The position numbers and the translations under genes are program-made. From the IMG/VR virus record IMGVR_UViG_3300025282_000024: DNA of 64,000 bases. One strand, written 5' to 3'. The stretch is from a virus. The notes beneath the pieces were generated by a model. That model was not told the DNA's origin. It made no database searches and saw nothing but the letters and a program-made list of their open reading frames with translations. Of this stretch, positions 16,129 to 25,086 are shown piece by piece. Each line of letters opens with the position of its first letter. Within the stretch, counting starts at the first letter, position 1.

Positions 16129-17703
16129 CTAGTCAAGGCTCTCGATAATAGCATAGTTGGTTGTAATTAAAATTGAAGCCACAGAAACTGCATTCTGAAT
16201 GGCGCAACGAGTTACCTTGGCTGGATCTATGATTCCCTTTTCAAGCAAATTAGTTAATTTGCCGGTATTAAAATCAATACCTTTATCGCCTTTTGCTTTT
16301 TCTACTAATGATATTAATATGTCAGGAGAATATCCGGCGTTTAAGGCCATCTGTTTTAAGGGCTCCTTAATCGCTTCACAGATAATTTTAGCTCCTAATT
16401 TTTGATCGGAGCTTTTTGTATCAATTTTTAAATTTTTTGCAGCGCGAATTAGAGCAACTCCGCCACCAGGGACAATTCCTTCTAATTGTGCAGCATTAAC
16501 TGCCTCTAAAGCATCTTCAATTCTATGCTTCTTTTCAACCATTTCGACGTCGCTAGCGGCACCCACTCTAATTACAGCAATTCCACTGGCTAACCTCGTA
16601 ATTCTTTCTTGAATTTTTTCGGCTTCCTGCATACTATCGGCTTCTTTTATTTCTGCTTTTAGTAGGTCGATTCTTTTTTCGGTATCGTCCATATTTCCCT
16701 TACCCCCCACAATCGTGGTCAGAGACTTTGAACTTTCAATAGTTTTTGCCTTGCCAAAGTGGGTCAATTTTACATCTCTCAATCTCAAATTATTTTGACG
16801 TGTAATAAAAGTTGCCCCCACCGAAAGGGCCAAATCCTTGAGAATGTTACGTCGTTCTTCTCCATAACCGGGAGCCCTGATTCCCACCACTCGCATTGTT
16901 CCTCGCAGAGCATTCATAATAAGCGCCGCTAGAGCTTGTCCTTCAATATTCTCAGCTATAATAATAAAGGGGCGTGCCTCTCTAGCGGCAATTTCCAAAG
17001 CAGGCATTAAATCATCTACAGAATCAATTTTTTCATCAGTAACCAAAATAATGGGCTCATCATATTTTACAACCCCTCTTTTTTCATCAGTAACAAAAGC
17101 ACTAGCTAAATATCCTGAATTAAATCTAAATCCTTCTACCAATTCTAAGCTAGTTTCGATGGATCGCGCTTCTTCGATTGTAATCGCTCCATCCTTACCT
17201 GCTAAATCAACGCCCTTCGCAATTAGTTTACCTATCTTTTCATCATTGTTAGCAGAGATTGTTGCAATGTGTGTTATCTCCTCTATGGACCTAATCGGCG
17301 TGGCCATGTCCTTGATATTATTAACAATTTTTTCAACCGCCTTATCCATTCCACGTTTAAGTTCGATTGGGGCAGAGCCGGCCATTAAATACTTCTGAGC
17401 TTGGGCGAGAATTGCCCTAGCTAAGACTGTGGAAGTGGTAGTTCCATCCCCCGCTTCTGAATTGGTTTTAGATGCAGCCTGTTTAATAATTTGAGCGCCG
17501 GCATTTTCAAAAGGATCTTTAAGTTGTACAAATCTTGCAACAGTTACACCATCTTTTGTGATAACGGGCATTTGCTCCGGGTGGTGAAGAATAACATTTC
17601 TCCCACGGGGGCCTAAAGTCGAAGCAACATTATCGGCTAATATGTTGGCTCCATTTAATATTTTCTGGTGGAGATTTGTACCAGACTCATATTTGCGTGA
17701 CAT
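16129..17703 (-). CDS. groL: chaperonin GroEL
   Basis: TLGPRGRNV, ITKDGVTVA, GDGTTT, GIVPGGG, IIDPAKV. Confidence 0.97.
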   Translation of the reverse strand: MSRKYESGTNLHQKILNGANILADNVASTLGPRGRNVILHHPEQMPVITKDGVTVARFVQLKDPFENAGAQIIKQAASKTNSEAGDGTTTSTVLARAILAQAQKYLMAGSAPIELKRGMDKAVEKIVNNIKDMATPIRSIEEITHIATISANNDEKIGKLIAKGVDLAGKDGAITIEEARSIETSLELVEGFRFNSGYLASAFVTDEKRGVVKYDEPIILVTDEKIDSVDDLMPALEIAAREARPFIIIAENIEGQALAALIMNALRGTMRVVGIRAPGYGEERRNILKDLALSVGATFITRQNNLRLRDVKLTHFGKAKTIESSKSLTTIVGGKGNMDDTEKRIDLLKAEIKEADSMQEAEKIQERITRLASGIAVIRVGAASDVEMVEKKHRIEDALEAVNAAQLEGIVPGGGVALIRAAKNLKIDTKSSDQKLGAKIICEAIKEPLKQMALNAGYSPDILISLVEKAKGDKGIDFNTGKLTNLLEKGIIDPAKVTRCAIQNAVSVASILITTNYAIIESLD

Positions 17704-17730
17704 TTGTCCTCCACATACACGTTAGCTTAA

Positions 17731-17759
17731 ACTATAATGCATTATACACCAAATGTCAA
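17731..17759 (-). promoter_or_regulatory. sigma70-type promoter for groEL
   Basis: TTGACA-N17-TATAGT. Confidence 0.7.
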
Positions 17760-17793
17760 GCTATTTTAATTTTTATAAATTAAAAATGTAGCT

Positions 17794-19305
17794 TTATGCA
17801 TCGCCTTCGATGTGAGCAACCGCGTTGTTGGTAGCCGTTTCGAGTGCCTTAGCATTTTCAATAGCAGCCGTAGCATATTGTTTTCTATCTTGAGGCGCAG
17901 CTTCGTCATGAACACCCAAGAAATAATCATTGACATTGTTCGTAAAAAATTGTAATTGCTCGTATACTGGAGATATCGTCGCTGTTAACAAATCAGCATA
18001 CATAGCAAAAGTATTTTTCATATATTTTTCACCAATCATTAATGTCCCCACTTCCCTAAAATTACCAATATCTTCAGCTTGGTTTCTTGTAAAAACAAAC
18101 TGTTGTTCATTCTCGTATCCAGGCGTTAGTTCCAACGCATCAAGAATAGCTTTTTTATTCTTTTTAACCCCGACACCAATTTTTCTCTGGAGTTGTTCTA
18201 CAACCGCGTAAGAACCAAACAACTTTTCAGCTTTGGTTCCCTCAAACTTGCTTTCCGCATAGGTCACAGCAAAATTTGCATAATTCTGTAATTCTTTAGG
18301 ATCGGCGTTGATAATCTCGCTCGCCAATTCTGCCATGTCTTGAGGGAGTAATTTTCCCTCCTCCAATATTTCTTCGACAGCTTCTTCTTTTTTGCGCGTT
18401 TTGCCCGTTGAAAAATCAAAGACAGCCCAGTTTGGATGTTCTGCTGAAAAGCCGGCCCTTCCAAAGGATATTCGCTTTATACCCACATTCGCACTTTGCA
18501 ACTCAGCTATTTTTTTCTGGAAAGATATTGCATCTTCAAACCGATCAGCCTCTCTTCTCCAAACCGTTTTTAAGAAGGGGGTTACAAAAACATCTAAAAA
18601 GCCTTCCAAAGTAATAGTAAATTCACCAAATTGAAGCCCCTGATCACCATCCACGCGTCGCGCATCCAAATAAATCACATGGTCGAGTGTCCTAAAGTGG
18701 TTAACCATGTTACGAAAAGAGCCTTTCACCTCAGTGGTTTCCCCAAGGAGCTTCAACGAATAATGTTTGCCCCCAAGAACAACATCAGTAATTGGCTTTC
18801 CTGTTGCATCCATACCTTCAATCTGCTCCGGAGTCGTAATTTGAATAGATTTGCCACCAAATAATCCAGCAAGGAAGCCTTCAAAAATAAAACCTCCCGC
18901 TGATTCGGTAAAGTTTGTAATAATAGCTGAAAGTATTTCACAGGTAACCATCGTTGAAAGAATTTCTGCGATGGTGGCGCCTTCTTTTCTGGTTGTCAAG
19001 ATATTGTTAAGCGCTGCCAGTTTTGCCTCTAAAGTATCGCCAGGAATTTGGGTGGTAAACTTTTCTATGAGAGCGCGATCATCAGTTCCAAGTTTTCCAA
19101 AATCTTCAGTGATACGAATTTTGGGGAAAGAGATATTAATGTCTTTCATATCCTCCCCCGGATCCACCTTTATACTAGCTTTCTCATTTAACATAGACAA
19201 TTGAGCTAGATCATCAATTTGCCCTTCAATTAATTTTAAAAGATTATTAAAATTTAAATTTTTTGAATTATAATAGTTGTTCACCATGTTATTAATATCA
19301 ACCAT
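17794..19305 (-). CDS. large hypothetical, probably late/virion protein
   Basis: 503-aa ORF preceded by ACTAATTATA late-type motif. Confidence 0.7.
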   Translation of the reverse strand: MVDINNMVNNYYNSKNLNFNNLLKLIEGQIDDLAQLSMLNEKASIKVDPGEDMKDINISFPKIRITEDFGKLGTDDRALIEKFTTQIPGDTLEAKLAALNNILTTRKEGATIAEILSTMVTCEILSAIITNFTESAGGFIFEGFLAGLFGGKSIQITTPEQIEGMDATGKPITDVVLGGKHYSLKLLGETTEVKGSFRNMVNHFRTLDHVIYLDARRVDGDQGLQFGEFTITLEGFLDVFVTPFLKTVWRREADRFEDAISFQKKIAELQSANVGIKRISFGRAGFSAEHPNWAVFDFSTGKTRKKEEAVEEILEEGKLLPQDMAELASEIINADPKELQNYANFAVTYAESKFEGTKAEKLFGSYAVVEQLQRKIGVGVKKNKKAILDALELTPGYENEQQFVFTRNQAEDIGNFREVGTLMIGEKYMKNTFAMYADLLTATISPVYEQLQFFTNNVNDYFLGVHDEAAPQDRKQYATAAIENAKALETATNNAVAHIEGDA

Positions 19306-19313
19306 AAATATAA

Positions 19314-20210
19314 TTAGTCTCCTAGTTCTTTCAATACCCTATCCCAATCAAGATTTGCAGTATCAATTTTTCCCCTAGTCACGTGGAAATGATTAGCAAT
19401 TCCACAAAACTTACCCCTGCGTACATTTTTACTAACGGCGCGCAAAACAGTGCCGTCCTTAGCCATGGGCATCTCAAGGGGAATATCATAAAAATCGCAA
19501 AGGGTTTTTACTAGAGTTTTATACGCTTCAATTTGGACGGGATAAAACCCCAAACAATCCTTCAATTGCACGCCATGAACCTTGACATCCTCAAGGATGG
19601 GCCTACTGCCAAATCCCTTGCGCCTATACCAACTCTGATATTTGGTGTAGTACGCATTTGATATATCAACCCCAATTGAAGCGCGATTCACAGCCCTTTT
19701 TCCAGCGTGCCATGCACTGTTTTGGGGATCTACCATTTGACATATCGTACCGTCATTATCAATAACAAAATGGCTGGATATACCTTTCTTTTCCAAAACA
19801 CGCTTGCAGGAAGCCGCCGATAGACACACATCAAAGTGGGTAATAATCATTTTGATGTCTCTCTTCTTGGGTTTATATTTTCTATAACAGTTGGAAGGGA
19901 GCGCATAGTTATCAACCTCATATATATTATTTACTTTATCCCATTGGATGGGCACCTTGCGGCCACCGCAAATAATATATTTACATTCGCCTTCTGAGGG
20001 CATATTATCTTGAGCGGCCTCCCGGGTGGCCAATATGAGCCGATAAGTGATTGGGCCACACAACCCATCTTGGGTCTGACTGTGGTTCAGTTGAAAGTTT
20101 TTTATATTTTCAGCCAGTTCATCATTAAAACCATCGGCTTCAAACCAGTGAGGGAACCACCCGTACTTTTTTGCCGACCGCTTATTATAAAGATTTTGTC
20201 TCCAACCCAT
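19314..20210 (-). CDS. N-acetylmuramoyl-L-alanine amidase (endolysin) with peptidoglycan-binding domain
   Basis: FQ...DGLCGPIT PG-binding motif; SSHFVID, AWHAG, N.ASIG, NHF..KID. Confidence 0.85.
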   Translation of the reverse strand: MGWRQNLYNKRSAKKYGWFPHWFEADGFNDELAENIKNFQLNHSQTQDGLCGPITYRLILATREAAQDNMPSEGECKYIICGGRKVPIQWDKVNNIYEVDNYALPSNCYRKYKPKKRDIKMIITHFDVCLSAASCKRVLEKKGISSHFVIDNDGTICQMVDPQNSAWHAGKRAVNRASIGVDISNAYYTKYQSWYRRKGFGSRPILEDVKVHGVQLKDCLGFYPVQIEAYKTLVKTLCDFYDIPLEMPMAKDGTVLRAVSKNVRRGKFCGIANHFHVTRGKIDTANLDWDRVLKELGD

Positions 20211-20224
20211 AATAATTCCCCTTT

Positions 20225-20920
20225 TTAAACAATAATGTCTGCGATGCCGTATTCTATCGCCTCTTTTGCTGTAAGGTAAACGTTTACCTTCCTGTCCAAA
20301 AGCTTTTTAAGATGTTTTTTGCTCAGATCTGACTCTTCTACTAAGGCATTAATATGCTGTTCTTGTAGCCATTTGGTTTCTTCAAACTCATTTTCAAGAT
20401 TATGGATTGCCCCAAATTGATCAGCTCGAACGCTGTGTATCATCACTCGACAATTTTTGCCAATTTTACGTGAGCCTTTGGTGCCTGCCGCCAATAGCAA
20501 AACGCCGGCAGACATAACCTTTCCCAAACCATAAGTTATTATCTCACACTCCTCTCTCACGCTTCGCATTGCGTCATAAACCGCAAACATTCCCCTTGCA
20601 CAGCCGCCCCACGTTGAAATATTAAATTCAATAGGCTTATAGGTCACCTCTTTTATAGGAGAGTCTGGATCCTCGGGATCTTCATGAATATTCTCTGCAC
20701 CATATTGATGTAAAGCAAAAAGGCCCTGCACTAAATCAGTTACTTTCTCTTCATTTAAGTCTCCAAAGAGCCCAAGCATTCTTAATTTTGGTGATTCCTC
20801 TTTGAGAGAATTCAATAAAATAATGGGAGATACCTCTGGTTCTGGTGAAGAATCGAGAGGGAGAGATTCTTTCTCTTCTGGAGTTTCTGTCTCTTCTGTC
20901 TCTTCTGTCAGGCGTTTCAT
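20225..20920 (-). CDS. clpP: ClpP-family protease
   Basis: ISTWGG, G.VMSAG, RVMIH, YLTAKEAIEYGIAD. Confidence 0.88.
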   Translation of the reverse strand: MKRLTEETEETETPEEKESLPLDSSPEPEVSPIILLNSLKEESPKLRMLGLFGDLNEEKVTDLVQGLFALHQYGAENIHEDPEDPDSPIKEVTYKPIEFNISTWGGCARGMFAVYDAMRSVREECEIITYGLGKVMSAGVLLLAAGTKGSRKIGKNCRVMIHSVRADQFGAIHNLENEFEETKWLQEQHINALVEESDLSKKHLKKLLDRKVNVYLTAKEAIEYGIADIIV

Positions 20921-20938
20921 ATAATTCCTTTGTTAAAA

Positions 20939-21226
20939 TCATAATTCTTCAAATAATGGTTCACTGTCAGCGCTAGTTGTTGATACTATTTCTATTCTAC
21001 CGTCAGCCCATTTTAGTTCTAGCTGGTTTTGTAAAAACAATCTTACCGTTTTCATTATATATTCTATTTCTTCTTGTTTTAAGGTTGAAGATTCTGTTTT
21101 AACCCAATTAATAATTGAATTTGCCACAAAAACTCGTGGCGCCGTATAAATATTGTCCTGCTGAGTTAAAGCGCCCTCTTTTATAAACCACTCTAATGCT
21201 TTGTTACCTGTTTTAAAGTCTGTCAC
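20939..21226 (-). CDS. hypothetical protein
   Basis: ORF. Confidence 0.65.
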   Translation of the reverse strand: MTDFKTGNKALEWFIKEGALTQQDNIYTAPRVFVANSIINWVKTESSTLKQEEIEYIMKTVRLFLQNQLELKWADGRIEIVSTTSADSEPLFEEL

Positions 21227-21590
21227 TCTTCTGGTCCTTATAAAATTTGTTCATAAGATTCATTCCCTCGTTCCAAGTAGAAAACGAGGGCTTGATATAG
21301 CGTGGTGTCGATGCACGCATATTATAAATACAAGAAATTTTCCATGCATCGAAGAACTCATCATCAAGCGCACGATTCTTTTCTATTTGCTCCGGATCTG
21401 CGCCGGAATCTTTCATTGTTTTATATCGAAGAGTCTTAATAAACGAAATATCTTCCGTCAAAGAGGCCAACACGACTAAAATATTAATTTCAATATTTTT
21501 AAATACAACAGCAGCTTGCCCTAAAGCAAGCCACTTTGAAAGAAACTTATAAGTGATGGCGCCGGAGACGAACCATATCAACTCATACAT
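21213..21590 (-). CDS. hypothetical protein with N-terminal hydrophobic segment
   Basis: ORF. Confidence 0.65.
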   Translation of the reverse strand: MYELIWFVSGAITYKFLSKWLALGQAAVVFKNIEINILVVLASLTEDISFIKTLRYKTMKDSGADPEQIEKNRALDDEFFDAWKISCIYNMRASTPRYIKPSFSTWNEGMNLMNKFYKDQKSDRL

Positions 21591-21595
21591 TTAAA

Positions 21596-22195
21596 TTAGC
21601 GTAGCTTCTTGGAAACGCGACCAGCTAGCCTTTGAGCCAACCTTTCAGCTACGGCATCGGCGCGCTTTTCTTTAAGCAGTCGCGACGCAACGCGCTTGTA
21701 TACCTTTTCCATCAAGACGTCTTCATCGATGTAGGTGATCTCTTGAAGTGCCTCTAAAGCTGCCTCATCATCTTCCTCTTCAACTTCCATCTCTTCATCG
21801 CCAGGACCAAGCTCTCCTCCAAGGTCGTCTTCTTCAACTTCCATTTCACCGACTTCTACTTCTTCAGGCTCTTCACCTTCTTCAACTTCAATGTCAACGC
21901 CATGGTCTTTGGCAACACGGGCAACTGCGTCTAAAGTATCGCGTGCAAACGCTTCAATAGAGCCTTCGTCTTCGGGTTCTTCTTCAACCTCTTCTTCAAC
22001 TTCTAGTTCAACGCCTTCTGGCTCGCCAGGTAACTCTTCTTCGACTTCGACTTCAGCCTCAAGTTCATCTTCGGGGGCCTCAGTAAGCTCCTCATAATTC
22101 TCTTGTAAAAAGCCGCTCCCGATAGCCTGTGTACCGGCCAGTTTCATAAAGCGCCGAACTGTATTTTCTTTTAGTAAGTTCTTTTTATTGCTCAT
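21596..22195 (-). CDS. highly acidic late protein (scaffold/core-like)
   Basis: Glu-rich; LxE sites; ACTATTTATT motif upstream. Confidence 0.55.
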   Translation of the reverse strand: MSNKKNLLKENTVRRFMKLAGTQAIGSGFLQENYEELTEAPEDELEAEVEVEEELPGEPEGVELEVEEEVEEEPEDEGSIEAFARDTLDAVARVAKDHGVDIEVEEGEEPEEVEVGEMEVEEDDLGGELGPGDEEMEVEEEDDEAALEALQEITYIDEDVLMEKVYKRVASRLLKEKRADAVAERLAQRLAGRVSKKLR

Positions 22196-22257
22196 TGGAA
22201 AAATCTCCTTTTTATGATCTGTGTGCCAGCACCTCTGGCGTTTCCTTTAATAAATAG

Positions 22258-22497
22258 TTACAAGACCTTTAAACGTCTGTTTTTTTGCAATTTTTGTATG
22301 GCACGATCCTGTAACTGTTTTACACGCACAATGCTCAAATTTAATCTCTTTGCTGTCTCTTCTAACGTGAGGTCACCATGCTTCTGTACCGATAAAAGAG
22401 AACAATTCAAATCCACTTCATAATTTATCCATAGCCGACACTCTTTTTGTTTACATTTTATATTATTTTTAACACATTTTTCTAAACATTCTCTCAT
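22258..22497 (-). CDS. sigma70 region-4-like HTH protein with Cys-rich N-terminus
   Basis: LTLEETAKRLNLSIVRVKQLQDRAIQKL; five Cys. Confidence 0.8.
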   Translation of the reverse strand: MRECLEKCVKNNIKCKQKECRLWINYEVDLNCSLLSVQKHGDLTLEETAKRLNLSIVRVKQLQDRAIQKLQKNRRLKVL

Positions 22498-22820
22498 AAC
22501 TCTGAATTCTCCTTTTCTATTATATCAAAGATATTTTCAATTTCATCTTTATTCAAGCCAAATTGATTAATAATTTCTTTTTGTTTTTGGCGCGCCTTAG
22601 AAACTTTCTTTCTAATATTTTTAGAGATGCCCTTTCTTTCTTTTAGTTTCTCGACAAATCCTATTAAATGATCATCTCGCTCCACATAAGCCCTTGCTAC
22701 TTCATTAAAAAATTCTTTAATTTTTATATTATCATTATGTAGTCTTATTTTAAGGTCAGCGTGTAATTTTGTTACGCTATCAAAACAAATTTGTTTTTTT
22801 TCACGTCCATATTCTGACAT
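22494..22820 (-). CDS. hypothetical protein
   Basis: ORF. Confidence 0.7.
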   Translation of the reverse strand: MSEYGREKKQICFDSVTKLHADLKIRLHNDNIKIKEFFNEVARAYVERDDHLIGFVEKLKERKGISKNIRKKVSKARQKQKEIINQFGLNKDEIENIFDIIEKENSEL

Positions 22821-22821
22821 C

Positions 22822-23856
22822 TTATTTCCTCATAATATGAGTAGAGCTTTCTAGCCTGCCGGCAGACGTTTGTCGAATAAACTTCGCCTTAATCTGTAAC
22901 TCTTTTAAGGTCCGAGCGCCAGAATAGCTAAATCCACTCCTAATACCACCCAAAAGATTATCCAATATAGGAGCAACCTCTCCTTTGTAGGCCACTGTAG
23001 TTGAAATTCCTTCCGGTGTGGAGGATTTTCCTCTCCAATCTGTTTGGGCCTTAGCCGACGCCATTCCCCTATAAATTTTATAATTTTTCCCTTCTTTCGA
23101 CGTAAATACATTTCCCGGTGTCTCCCTTGTGCCAGAGAGCATTGAACCAACCATCACAAAATCTGCGCCTGCGGCCAGTGCTTTTACAATGTCTCCGCTT
23201 GTTTTAATTCCGCCATCAGCAATAATCTTTGCTGAATATCCGGTTTGGGCACAGTCTATAATACTTTCTAGAGTGGGCATGCCATGGCCGCTCACAAGAC
23301 GAGTGGAGCATATGCTACCCCCTCCAATCCCTACACGAATGCTATCTGCGCCCCATTCAGCAAGACTATTAAATCCCTCCAGTGTTGCCACATTCCCAGC
23401 CATGATATGGATGGTGCTTCCATAATTGTCTTTTAGAGTCTTTACGGCGCGTTCCATTGCCAAATGATGACCATGCGCCGTATCAATGCATAATATTTTT
23501 ATACCTAAACGGATGTTTCTCTCAGCGCGATCAAGATAATCCCCAGAGGCGCCAACGGCAATTGCCACTGGAATATCTTTATTAGTCTCCCGAACAGCTT
23601 TAACAATATTGGCTTGCTCATTAATCGAATTATATCTATGAACAATACCTAAACCGCCACCTTTATGAAGGGCTTCAACCATTGACTTTTCTGTAATGGT
23701 GTCCATGGGGCTAGAAATAACAGGAAGCGAAAAATTAAGATCCGGACCTAGCCTGCTACTTGTGTCTACCTGTGATCGACTTTCAATATCGCTGTATTGA
23801 GGTACAAGAAGAACATCATCAAATGATAGGGTCTCCCTAAAATTTTTAAAGTTCAT
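22822..23856 (-). CDS. GMP reductase / IMP dehydrogenase family protein (no CBS domains)
   Basis: LSFDDVLLVP, SSPMDT, DTAHGH, GIGGGSICSTR, ADGGI, YRGMAS. Confidence 0.92.
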   Translation of the reverse strand: MNFKNFRETLSFDDVLLVPQYSDIESRSQVDTSSRLGPDLNFSLPVISSPMDTITEKSMVEALHKGGGLGIVHRYNSINEQANIVKAVRETNKDIPVAIAVGASGDYLDRAERNIRLGIKILCIDTAHGHHLAMERAVKTLKDNYGSTIHIMAGNVATLEGFNSLAEWGADSIRVGIGGGSICSTRLVSGHGMPTLESIIDCAQTGYSAKIIADGGIKTSGDIVKALAAGADFVMVGSMLSGTRETPGNVFTSKEGKNYKIYRGMASAKAQTDWRGKSSTPEGISTTVAYKGEVAPILDNLLGGIRSGFSYSGARTLKELQIKAKFIRQTSAGRLESSTHIMRK

Positions 23857-24281
23857 TTGCCCTCCGCTTTCTTCAAGCTGGCTAAAGATCTTTGGAGATA
23901 CCAAATCGCTTTTTCAATATCTTGTATGGAATTCCCCTTATATTGGTGTCTAGCAATATATTTAATTGCATTCCCATCATTGAACCCAAGATGCCAATCT
24001 TCAATGGCGTCGATAACTTCGATTTTCCCAATGTTATAATGAGGGGGGCTGTTGACTTTTTCAGGGATAATTGTCTCCGCGCTCTTTTCCTTCCCGCACT
24101 TCTTACATCCTTTCTTTTTCTTTTCCATGCCGCAATTCTCCTCTCCTGTAATAACAGTTATAGCAGTCCCGTTAATACGTGCGAGATCCGCCGCGGCATC
24201 GCCCTGTGTAAAAATAGGATCTTCTCCGACAGTTCCAAACCCAAAATCATGGCCGGCCAAGATGCTGTTTTTATTCTTCAT
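23853..24281 (-). CDS. DUF3310 (SaV-like) protein
   Basis: VNSPPHY, GNAIKYIAR..YKG...DIEKAIWY. Confidence 0.85.
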   Translation of the reverse strand: MKNKNSILAGHDFGFGTVGEDPIFTQGDAAADLARINGTAITVITGEENCGMEKKKKGCKKCGKEKSAETIIPEKVNSPPHYNIGKIEVIDAIEDWHLGFNDGNAIKYIARHQYKGNSIQDIEKAIWYLQRSLASLKKAEGK

Positions 24282-24795
24282 CTTCCCAGCCCTCACCTTC
24301 ATCTTCATCCTCGTCTTCATAATCATCGTAATCATCGGCATCATCGGTACTCCCTAGCGCGGCGCTTCCACGATTAGATAAAGCAATGGGATACTCCTCA
24401 TAAAGGTCTTCTTCATCCACTTCACTTATTCTGAAGTGGATGACTGGCACCAAAACAACCTGTGCTATTTTATCGCCCGGACTTATAATTTGGGTCATAT
24501 TGCCTATATTATGTAAATCAACAAAAACTTCTCCATCGTATCCCGAATCAACAACATGTGCGCCGACGACGAGATCTCTTTTGGCGGCGATGCTCGATCG
24601 GTTCATAACTTGTAACATATAACCATGAGGAATACCAAATTTTAAACCAGTTTGAAGGCGCTCACTAAAAGAAGGATCAATCCAAACCTCACTCCCGTTG
24701 GCTGGGCTGTAATATACATCCAGTCCCGCGTCGCTTGGGTTTGCCCGGGACGGATCCTCTACATCAGGCCGAACTTTACTATATTCAAGAATCAT
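24271..24795 (-). CDS. dut: trimeric dUTPase with acidic tail
   Basis: DAGLD, RSS, VVDSGYDGE, GDKIAQ, RG..ALGST. Confidence 0.93.
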   Translation of the reverse strand: MILEYSKVRPDVEDPSRANPSDAGLDVYYSPANGSEVWIDPSFSERLQTGLKFGIPHGYMLQVMNRSSIAAKRDLVVGAHVVDSGYDGEVFVDLHNIGNMTQIISPGDKIAQVVLVPVIHFRISEVDEEDLYEEYPIALSNRGSAALGSTDDADDYDDYEDEDEDEGEGWEDEE

Positions 24796-25069
24796 TTTTT
24801 TTCTCCAAGTGTTTTTTAAAGTCTTCTATAACTAGTTTTGCTCTTTCCCAGCACTCTGGGCAATAGAGATTTACTTTTTCTTCTTTTTCTCGCACAACAA
24901 CACTCCATGACATTACATGCTCTTTGTTCATTTTATCAAAAGGTTCTTCGCATGTCAAACAATTTGAAGCAATTTTCCCAAAAAGTGCAATTTTTGTTGC
25001 CATCTCTTTTTCAGCATTCTTTTTTAATTTGTTTGCGCGCTTACGCCGCAGTTTTCTAGAAAAGCTCAT
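24785..25069 (-). CDS. small Zn-ribbon hypothetical protein
   Basis: CLTC and YCPECW. Confidence 0.7.
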   Translation of the reverse strand: MSFSRKLRRKRANKLKKNAEKEMATKIALFGKIASNCLTCEEPFDKMNKEHVMSWSVVVREKEEKVNLYCPECWERAKLVIEDFKKHLEKKNDS

Positions 25070-25086
25070 TTATCTTCCTATCTTAA

